DNA of 64,000 nt from Perna viridis. Its lineage: Eukaryota. Under the pieces are notes generated by a model, which ran no database searches, was not told the origin of the DNA, and was given only the letters and a program-made list of their open reading frames with translations. A program made the translations under genes and the position numbers. Where the stretch lies: the NCBI GenBank assembly GCA_037379345.1, contig CM074513.1:57019195-57083194 (forward strand), in the 5' to 3' direction. This document shows positions 11,970-22,653 of the stretch, one piece after another (the stretch's first letter is position 1; the number at the start of each line of letters is the position of its first letter).

Positions 11970-14900
11970 ATGTCTAAGTAGATTCCTGCAAAAGTGTATA
12001 TATTTTTATCAGGATCAGTCAAGTGGATATATTTTCAAGTATCAATTTTCATGATTTAAAACAATAATTAGTGGTACATAGTGTTAGAAATCTATTACTA
12101 TTTTTCACGCTTTTCATTCCACCACGAAAATAATGAAAATTAGGACACTGCAAAAATTAATATATTTACAGTACCTCTACTTAAAAAAACTTACAATTTT
12201 GCAAATATACATGTATCTAAATTTGAATAAATAATTGATCTTATTATTCAAAATTTCATTAACTTGAAATGAAATAAAGTAAAACAAATACTCTTAAGAA
12301 CATCAGAATGAAACCTACAATTATGACCAAATTGTGGACAATTTGTAGACAGAGAACATGTAACTTAAGGTGTATTTCTTTCATTTAGCAAGTAAAATTT
12401 TGAATCAATTTTCATGAAAATAGGGGGGGCACTTTCATCCTTGTACTTAATCTTTATTTTGTTTTGTCTTTGTTATGTGTACACCATTTGTTTGTTTATT
12501 TGTTTGAGTTTTTTATTGTTGATAATATTGATGACTAACTAAAAATAGAGTGTAGGTCGAACAGCACTGTATGGCAATCAACTAAAAAATGATAGCAGAT
12601 ATAATTAAAGACAAATGGAAACCTATCTTAATACATCTTCCAATCCTTATTTTAGAGTTTTTGCCTTTTGCTGTAATAAACAACCAAACCCAGTTTCTGA
12701 AACTTATTTACTGAAAGCTTGAAATATGAGATCGGTAAAGCTTGGACATACTGTACTTATATTCAGAGTTGTTTAAAGCTGTACCTGTAGTGTGTTTAAA
12801 AAAATGGGTTTCTGGAACTTCAAACATATGGCTATGTCAATGTTTTTTTCCCACAAAACCATTTTTTTTCTCAGATACATTTTCTATGAACAAGATTTTC
12901 TCACTTGTTTAAATTTAAAGCTTTTGACAAAGTGATTTATCTGTAGCTGTTTGTTATTTACCTTTATCTTTAATATGTGTATATGAGGACAGATTATTTG
13001 GTAATCATTTTAATGTTTTGGCATAAACACTAACACAGTCACATGTTTATAGATTTTCTTATTGTTTAAACCCATCACTAGGCTGTGAATGAGGGTTGTT
13101 TACAGGTACTACTTTTGTCTTATTGCAAGCTTATTGCAGTTGATCTTTTTGTACTGTTGAATTAGTTTTATAGTATTTTTTCAGATACCACATGTGAATT
13201 GGCTCAAGATAATATTTGTTATATAATGCATTTTATACTTATTTTATGTAATGATTTTTATTCATTCATGACTAGGTATTAATAAATTTCTAATGTAACA
13301 GACATGTTTTATGAAGTTTTTCATAGGTTTTGTGGCAAACATTTTACATGTATGTTTTCTATGCTACAAAAATAACCATTTTAAAAGGGATGCTATTATA
13401 TAGACTGTTATTGTTAAAGCAAATCATCAATGAAGTAAAGAATCACAATTCAGGTTTCCACTCAAAGTACACCATCACCATTCTAGTAATCTACATGTAC
13501 ATGTATTGCCTTTCTAGTAAAAATCACTATCCACTGGGGGGTACTTAACAGGTAAAATGGAATGGGTGTTTGGTCCCAAAAATTTTTACCCACCCCAGTC
13601 ATATATTCAGACAACAGTAATGCATTTATGTAACCATTTCATATACATGCATGAGGTTTATTAGTATCTCCATATCTCAGCAGGATGCTGATCAGAACAT
13701 ATGACATTGTATCTAAAGACATCATTGTCATGTCAGAGCTAATTGGACTACTTTCTGCTTATCAGTCAAGTGTCAATCTTTATTTACTTTGATTATTTTA
13801 AGGATGAATTAATTGATGTCAAATCAATTACTATGTGTAAATATATAGGTTACTTGTAAATTTTAATCCCAATCACATGTACGGCAACTAAAATGCCTAC
13901 CCTTTTCATAAATCACTAATTATAAAAAGTAGACCGATATGGGCCGCACATCTGTACCTACCCGTTGAACTTAAGTTGCCCCCCTCCTAATGTCACTATA
14001 TAACCGTTCAGGTATAACATCACCATGTGTCACCATTCAGTACGACTTCGCCATGGGTCACTATTCAGGTATACCATTGACACCTACAGTTTTTAGCTCA
14101 CCTTGTCGTACTCCTACAATATATTAAAATTACAAATAAATGAATTAAGTGGTGAATATAGCCAGTTTTAATACACAAATAATAAACTTCATGAAATTAT
14201 GGTGGGGACCGGGGTTATGGTGTCATATGGAACTCTTGCCATCTTTCTATCTCTTGACAATTTTGTTGATATCTCGGAATTAATCAAACTTTTACCAATT
14301 TTGTTTTTTTATGTAATAAAAGAATATATAACGAGAAAAACAGCTATCATATAAACTATAAAATTGCAATACTTGCGGTCTACCTAGGTAGAACAAAAAA
14401 TAACTACACTATCTGCCTAACAATGGTGCTCTTTCGAAGTACACCATACAAACGTGAAACGACAATATCACTGCATTTAAATATTCACCGTTATTGATTC
14501 CAACTTGAAACGATTGTTTCCATGGTTACAAGAACGTTGAAATGCGCAAGTTCATTACGATGTGTGAAGATATGTTTACTATGTGGAATACACAATATCG
14601 ATAGTTAATATGATTTGAGGTAGGATTTAATGGGGTTTATATGATATGTAAGTACTGTTATTGTCCTATGTTGTTGATTTGATGGGTACATGTCAGCAGT
14701 ACAGTCACATACATCTATTTTTTTATTCTCCTTTCAGTTTTGCTGACGGAACATGTATACTAGTATTTATTATATCTTGGAATAACATACATAATACGGA
14801 TGCTTCATAAAATTTGAATTTAGACTGTCTGTGTCAATTTGACAAGAGGTTTAGCATTCCTTTATAGTATTGTTTTGTTCCAATAATGATCCTAATGGGG

Positions 14901-15065
14901 AATTTATTATATGATATAGAATCACTGTATAAACTATATAGATAATCTTCTAGCAGTCATCATTCGATAGCTTTGTAAAACATTACTAAAATACTCTTTG
15001 ATGTATTTTTAAATGGTTGCCGACCACTCAAGTAAATACCACAAACAGAAATAAAAACCAGGACA

Positions 15066-15092
<27 letters not shown>
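15066..15092. repeat. (GT)n microsatellite
   Basis: Direct reading. Confidence 0.95.
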
Positions 15093-15099
<7 letters not shown>

Positions 15100-15965
15100 T
15101 TATCAGTATATCAAAAGGGAAAGCCAGAGTAGAATTGACATCAATGTAACCTCTACAATGCTAATTACCATTTGGCTCGATTCAGTCAGAGTAGCAATAT
15201 TGCTCGGTCAATAAATCTTGAGGTTTATGTGTCATACTAGAACATTATTGATCTACTTAGTTCAATTTAATTCTGTATATTGATATCATCCTAAAACACC
15301 AGAGAAAAAAAAAACATTACGTTATTGGTTTCTTTACTCTATATACTTTGGTTGAGTTTACGTAGAGCAGCACACACTATAAACTCCGTCTTTATTTGTT
15401 CGAATTTATTGACGTAAATTAGTAGCCTTATGCTTTAATATCTTTGATCGATTATGTTGGTCAATACTTTGAACAAATTAAAGAAGAGCAAACATGAACC
15501 CTAGTAATTGAGGAAATTCTCCTGGGAATCGAACTTAATTGATAAAATAAATTGATGTTATTTTATCGTCACAACATACCTTTCAGTTGCTATTGTTATC
15601 TGCAATAAAGTCATAGACAACACTTTTGATAAAACAATTCAGTTTCGTGATTTTTAAAGAAATTATTCGTGAAAGGGGGGTTAGTGCGGTTTTTTCTCGT
15701 TAGAAATGAATTTGAAACAATGGGAAAATTGTCAAATGGGGTTCAGTGAACAATTATATAGTTAATTAGTTGTGGAGAGCTCGTAATCATGTAAATGTTA
15801 CACGAATGTCATTTATCTCAAAGCTAAGTAGGTAACAGTGATATAGGTGATGCTCAAGTCAATTACTGCGCTAAAAAAAAAAGCGAAGTAAAATAAACGA
15901 GGCAGGAACAAGTAACATGTAGATACCGGAAGCAAAACCCAAATAAAACTAAATAAATCTACATG

Positions 15966-16139
15966 CACTGGCGGATCCTGAGGGGTGTAGGGGATTGCTG
16001 TCCCCTTTTTTATCGAAAATTTGTCATTTTCTTGTGTAAAATTGACAAAAATGGTAAATAATGTCCTAGCACTCCCCCCCCCTTTTTTAGGAACCCCGGC
16101 TGGCACCCCTCCTTTTCAAAGTGTCTGGATCCGCCATTG
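15966..16139. mobile_element. 174-bp MITE with TIRs and 6-bp TSD
   Basis: cactggcggatcc ... ggatccgccattg; flanked by tacatg at 15960-15965 and 16140-16145. Confidence 0.8.
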
Positions 16140-16483
16140 TACATGATTTACTCCTTCACCAGTGTTCCAGGCAATGACTTGCGTGATGAATTTGTGAAGC
16201 TTTCTTTTTACAACTTTACTATGGTATTATACGAACACTGCACTCAGGCTCAAGTTGAGATCGATAAACTGAGGAAGTACTAAATGATTAAAGGCGTTTA
16301 TGAGATATTTAATCATTTTGGTAGATCACATTTACATGGAAATATTATCTATCAAGGCTAACCAAAAATAAACCACACAGACCGTGCCAAACTACACTTA
16401 AAAGCAGACTCTGTAACAATGTAACTTTTGTTTTAAAGGTATGCATAAAGATGGAAGAATTCATAACATGATCAAAGTATAAC

Positions 16484-17699
16484 ATGGATATCGCCTATTT
16501 ATATAGAATCATTTTTCTTCTTGTATACAGTAATAATCAAGGTAAGACGAAAATTATCTTGATGCTAATTCTTTGTTGTATTGGGGCTGAGTGTAGTCCG
16601 ACTTTTCAAACCAATGATTTATTAAACGTATGATTTGATTATTAAATAAATGTAATAAATTGAGATCGATCCTAATTCTGTTGATGCAAATCTGTTCATA
16701 TATATACTATATATTTTTGTACATTAGCTTGCATTGAATGAAGAAAATTTATGAATGTTTATTTTCAGTGCAATCTATTGGTTGTTTCCGATGTACCTCT
16801 ATGAATGGCAACAATATAGATTGTGAGGATACTTTCAACAACACTGACAAATATTATGTCTCTGATTGCTGGGCTAGTAGGAAGGATAGAATCGGACTAT
16901 TCCCTGCCACCGAGTGCATCAAAATGACTGTCAGTGATGGTAATCTCTTAGTTTTTTTTTCAACTGCATTTTGTCTCCTTTCATTAGGGTCGGATTCAGA
17001 CACTTTGAAAAGGAGGGGTGCCAGCCGAGGTTCCTCAGAAAAAGGTTGGAGTACTAGGAAATTATTTGCCAGTTTTTGTCAATTTTACAAATGAAAATGA
17101 CAAAATTTTCCAATAAAAAGGGTTGCCAACCCCCTGCACCCCCAATGGATCTGCTTTAATAGCTTCCAAACTTTTTACTTTTGAGAAGTCTTTGTAATTG
17201 TGTGGCCCATGGCAATTGATTTACCTATAGATGGTTTGCCTATAGTATTGTTATTGAATAGTGAATACCGTTTGTATTGTAATTAAAGTGTAGCCAGGTT
17301 TGCTATTTAGTCAACTTTTTTTTTATTCTTGCATGGTCTTACTCACTTAAAAGGATGAAGTGTTGTGAAACCTTTGGGATCCGAATAGCGTCTTCCAATA
17401 AGTTGTTTATACTCGCTGCTATTCATAGTTATTTTCATCTTGCAATTTCAGAGAATAACGGCCATAAATTTACCCTCGTTGTGAGAGACTGTGTTGTGGA
17501 TAATGGGGGTACTAATTCTGAAACAGAAATAGGACGACAGAGTCACTGTGGCTGGATGAAGGTGCTCCAGTACAATGGAGAACGAATGAGAGGATGCATA
17601 CTTAGTTGTGACTTGGACGGATGTAACGTCGGTGGCAGACTGACTGTTAATTCTGTTTGGATATTGACGTTACTGTTTCTGTACTCACTCCTCCATTGA
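16484..17699 (+). CDS. Quiver/sleepless-like Ly6/uPAR three-finger protein, likely GPI-anchored (paralog A)
   Basis: Exons 16484-16541 (signal peptide), 16769-16939, 17452-17699, all phase 1; IGCFRCTS...CED...C...CIK...VRDC...HC...GCILSCDLDGCN, then hydrophobic tail. Confidence 0.88.
16985..17155. mobile_element. Diverged copy of the 15966 MITE family, opposite orientation, in Ly6-A intron 2
   Basis: cggattcagacactttgaaaaggaggggtgccagcc matches the reverse complement of 16098-16133. Confidence 0.7.
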
Positions 17700-19421
17700 A
17701 ATAATGGAGTATGATCTCTGCAATGTATAGATAACCAGTTAACATCATAATAATTAGTCACTACAATATTGAATACCATACACAAATGGACTTACTGATC
17801 ATCAAAATTAAAATATATCTATAGGTAGTTTACTTCATCAAACGTAGTTTACTTCATCATAACCAAAATTTTAAGTGAAGGGTGCTAGATGTAAGTGATC
17901 TTGTTTTTAGGCACAATGGAATGCAAATTTCCTTTTTATTTGACAATGAACTTTTTGACTTTAGTTGTTAATACTCTTTGTCTATAATAGTAAATAATTT
18001 GTATTCTTTTTTTTTTGTTTATTGTTTTTCTTTTACTCTAAGAAACTGATAGCTGGATGTTTAGGTGACGCTTCCATAATTCAATAGTGACTTTATCTCA
18101 TTTCGTCCTTCAAAAACTTGTAGTAACAATGTTAGTCGGACTGGATTTTGCATGCATGTACATATTAACTGTTTGGAAATCTTAGATGTATAGTTGATTT
18201 AAATAAAATATTGTTATAAAAAGCATTTTGAAAGTTTTGATACCAGCATGTCAAGTGCTATTGTAAATAGTTAAAAGTATGTTCTCCCACTTTAACTTAG
18301 ACAAAATTACCATAGTGTTACAATTTTATACTCTGGTTTATTATCCGAGTTAATGATTTTTTTACGTATAAAAATGCAGGAACATTGCAAGTTTCCGAGT
18401 TATTTTCTTTGAGTAATGTTCCGCTATTTTCAATCTGAATATCGTACGTTTTGTATACATGCATATGCCGTGATTGGATAGGAAGTTCCTAAATCGCCAG
18501 TTGTATGCCGGGTATAGATTTTGTCTAAATTATATCTAGTATACATTTTTATATATTTGGTACATATATTTTGAACATCAATACGTTATTAGTTATCAAT
18601 GTGATTCAATATAGTAGTATATAAATCTGTAAACACCATGAATTCGTGAACAAAGAGAGATATCGATTAAAAGAGAAGAATATAATAGGAGAAAATCTTA
18701 AAATTTTCAAAGAAAACTAAACAATATAAAAATTCAATACATAAGACGATAATAAGCCTCCGATTTGATATTATCTCATTGGTTACTCTGTCGTTGGTAA
18801 AACATGGCTAAAGAACTACTGACAACTTTTTGCATCCTGATTCAAGTTGTATGTGGTATGTATCTTAACGGAATGTTTAATAGTCAACCTTAGAACGTGT
18901 GGTGAACATCAACAGTCAAATCAGACGAAGTAAGCTATATATGTCAGTGGCGTAGCTAGGTTCTGCGTGCTCAGCACGCAGAACCTAGCGAAGGCACGTA
19001 AAGCTTACGGCAGGGGTTTGGGGGACGCCTAAGGCCCCCAACGGGTCCAGGGCAGCGGCCTGGTAGGGGGCCCAGGGGGCGACCCCCCCCCCGGAATCTC
19101 CGCGGATTTAGGATTTACTACACCCATTTTTAAAGGTGAAAATATCATGTTTGGTATAAAAAGTTGGATGCAATGATTCAATTTAATTTTAATTTTAGCT
19201 TGACTTTTTATCAAAAACATATCGAAATTTGAATAAGAAACCGGTTCCTTCTTTGAGTCTCTCACATCTACAAAGTGCTGGGCAGATCGTTCTTTATGGG
19301 AATGTGAGTCAAGACGCTCGTGTCTTTTGATATAGTTATGAATGTTCGACCAATCTGAGACAGGCGTAGTAACAAACGATTTATCGCGAGCACCTTCATT
19401 CCCAAACAACACACAGCAATA

Positions 19422-19481
19422 TGATTGATTGATTGTTGGGGTTTAACGCCCGAGCAGCGATATTTCAGCTATATTCAGGAG
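19422..19481 (-). mobile_element. 60-bp truncated retroposon 3' end nested in the hAT transposase remnant
   Basis: 13-bp direct repeat acacacagcaata at 19409-19421 and 19482-19494; (tgat)n tail; removing it restores CYCCVLFG. Confidence 0.8.
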
Positions 19482-20303
19482 ACACACAGCAATAGCAATA
19501 CATGACATCTTGAGAGACGGAATACCTTAACCAGGGATGCTTCTTTAACCACAAGGGAGACAGTTTTCTCATAATACCACCAATATCTCTGAAAGTCAAA
19601 ATTTTATTCCATTTGAATTTATCAAAAATGACATCCTATAGATAGCAAAAAATGCACATGAACGAACTAAGGACAATGCGACAATATGCACTATAGATTT
19701 GCTTTCACGGTTGAAAGTATACAGTTTTTTAATGACTGTTTCTCAATTCCGACAGTCGAACACAGCTGTCCACAAATTTCAATACCAATTTACAGATGCG
19801 AACTTTAGACTCGAAACACGTGTCCTACGTGACTAAATTGTGTTAACCTCGATATCCTTCAGCTTGATGACTTCATTTTACTATTTTTTTAAACAAGATT
19901 AAACACACGAAGTCAAATGACTCCCCTAGCATGGACAGTCTTAGTTCATCCCCCCCCAAACGAACAAACAATTTTGACGATGCGATTGGGATTATCCCCT
20001 TCATTGCGACCGGTGAGCATATGGGCGCATATGCATATAAAAATTTAAAATTTTACATGTATGTACATGTACATAGTCGTAACCTTTTTGAATTAGTTTG
20101 TCTGAGGGGTGGGGGGGCGGGGTAAACTTCCATTGTAAATAAAACTTGTATGGTCGATGATGGACAATTATTTAGAGTTGATTCCTATTTTTAATATGTT
20201 TCAGATATGGAATTTGATTTTCCTCAAGTCAGCGTATTTTTGTTAAAGTTTCTATTCTCCTCGATTGCGACTATTTTTAACTGATTTGACATACTTTTGA
20301 TAA

Positions 20304-20346
20304 ACGTAGCTGATGAGACTTTAGGTCCGAAACACGTGTCCTGTGT
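20304..20346 (+). ncRNA. Minimal type I hammerhead-ribozyme-like motif (second, degenerate copy at ~19793-19830)
   Basis: acgtag CTGATGA gactttaggtcc GAAA cacgt GTC ctgtgt: core boxes, stem I with wobbles, palindromic stem III loop; stem II has a one-nt imperfection. Confidence 0.6.
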
Positions 20347-21168
20347 GACTTAATTTTGATAACCTCCGGCATATCCTTGTTGACTCTATTTTATTTGGTC
20401 TTGCCTCGAATTTGGCTTTGCCCTATGGGTTGTGAATCTGGATTATTTCTTAGTATTTTTTCAACTATAGTTATGATAAAAAATGCCGACTTTTAATCCA
20501 TATTTTATGACAATTTAAATAATGGCCGGTCATTTATTTTAGATCAATGATAGAAAATGGTACATACCTAGAAGAGAAATTGTCTACAGTTCCCCAGCTA
20601 GTCTTTATGATAAGAATTTTGCTATTGTTGTCCCGGGTCATATCTTCTCTCGCTATATCACCAATATCAGGGTAAGAGGGGCCATTTCTTTTCAGGCTTT
20701 TGATAGAGGATTGACTTGATGAACAAGTATCACTGTGACTTGACGGACTTGGCATTGATTTCTATGAAATTTCAGTGGATGCCACTTCTGGCTCCGTAGC
20801 CTGATCATCTGAATGGACAATGTCACTACTTGTATTATCTAGAATAGCTATTCGTTTACGGAAAAGGAATCTATCTTTTGACAAGACTCTTCTGCTTTCT
20901 TCATTTTTAAATTTTTGCGGAAGTATAACTTTGTATCGTTTAAAATCAAATCAAGTTAGAAAGAGAATTGTGATAAATCCAGAAATATTTCAATCGGTAG
21001 CATCTCGTTTGAAATAACCACAGATGCATTATACAATAGACCCACCATATGAACATTCATACTTTAGTTTTTCCCTTGGCTGTACAAAATAAGACCACCA
21101 CCCCCACTCATAGGAAAATTATGTGCACGCAGGTGCGTCGCTGCGTCAATGGTAGCTACGCCACTGTA

Positions 21169-21641
21169 TGTTACGGACACGGCCACCAATTGTAAATTTC
21201 GCGTTGTTACTACGTTAAAAGGGAAGACAATTGGCGGTAAAATGTTATTGGAGTGCGTGGACATTTTTTTTTGACGCAGTCGATGTAGTTTCGCTTTTTA
21301 CCCTTTTACCATAAGTTAAACATATATAAATCCTTGATTGGGCAAATACCGATTACTTATACTCGTATAGTGGCGTTAGAAAAAAAACTGTGTCGAACAC
21401 TCTTTACGTTGACGTACTCCCAAACAGAGTGGAAAACGCTCTCGAACCCACGTGGGGTCTGGGAGTAGGCCAGAGCGTCAACTGAGCAGCACAGCCGCTA
21501 GTATGACATACTATGACCGAGTTCTTCGGTCAGGTATCACGAAGGCTGGGCTTCGCTACCTCCAACTACTAACAGACATCTACTAACACAATCCCCGCAA
21601 GGGGCGGTGCGAGATCCGTAAGGGTAGTCAAGACCGTAAAA
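21169..21641 (+). other. Possible solo LTR or structured ncRNA locus
   Basis: tgttacgg...ccgtaaaa near-inverted ends, TATA-like tatataaa at ~21324, GC-rich hairpin-rich 21400-21640; no matching TSD. Confidence 0.3.
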
Positions 21642-22653
21642 ACCATCAATTGGAACTGTATCGAAAATTGAAATTGCGTGCCATATGTTATTTTCTTGAA
21701 TGAGATATACAAACTTATAGCTAAAAAGAACAAAATTTTACTGCGTCGGTTATCCTTTTTTAAAGATAGTATTTGTTTAAAATATGAACAGATGAAAGAA
21801 TGTAAGATAAGCAGTCATTTCACGAATTTCCAAGTTTTCTTCGTTGTTCGCGAAATTTAGAAAATTTTTAATTAATAACCTTTATTAAAACTTGTAAAAA
21901 TCGTCAAGGTATGATAACCTGAGGTTTATTAAATTAGAATTCTTAAGTGTGTATATCTAACGTCATCACTGATATAAAGTAGTATAATCATTAGGCAAAA
22001 ATATTAGGTCATAGACCAGTAATAAAAATCCTTAATTCTGTGATATTTCTCATTTTTTATATAGGCTTTGTCAAGTCAAGACATCAGGACAAATCAAAGT
22101 GCTGTTAGCACTGGATATTTTTGAGTCTTACAAGTGAAAATTGTAGTATTGACAAAATTTCAAAACATTACATGATGTAAAATAAAACTGTAATCACAAG
22201 TGGTTCCCATATTATTCAGAACTGTAATTTTTTTAATGTGTATAAACTGAATCTCAATCTTTACAACTGATTTCTGAAGTACAAAATGTAGTCAGTGGTA
22301 CCCACATTTACAAATATTGTTCTTTTTCACATTTTCCCAAACTTTTAAACCTGTCAAAAAGGTATTTGCATTTACGTTAAAAAAATATATCAACAGAGTA
22401 TTATTCATCCCATACAATAATCATACTTCAATAAAACCAATTTCAGCTTTATAAGATAATTTCCTTGATCCAAAACTAGATACTCATATCAATTTGAATT
22501 TTCGAGCTTTAAGTTAAGTTATATTTTTGTGTAGTGTTCAAAAATAGTAGCTGGGAAGATCCTGACATGAACCGGCGACAGAAGGTATTTTAATCCTGAA
22601 GGAATGTACTCAAATAACGAAGTAATAACTCGCTGCCCTTTTTCTCTTTACAG

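Larger units (their letters stand above)
18945..21166 (-). mobile_element. Internally deleted hAT-superfamily DNA transposon, 14-bp TIR, 5-bp TSD
   Basis: TIR cagtggcgtagcta (18945) / tagctacgccactg (21153-21166); tatgt on both sides; minus-strand TTF-type Zn-finger remnant WLKKHPWLRYSVSQDVMYCYCCVLFG...FVTTPVSDWSNIHNYIKRHERLDSH typical of hAT/ZMYM1-like transposases. Confidence 0.85.

Noticed and set aside
21375-21640. 7SK, Y, SRP, U3, RNase P/MRP or telomerase RNA (minus strand ends in a T8 run)
   Set aside because: None of their diagnostic motifs could be found by eye.
22568-22585. ATG exon MNRRQK as first exon of Ly6-B
   Set aside because: Phase 0 does not fit the phase-1 acceptor at 22654 and it is not a signal peptide.
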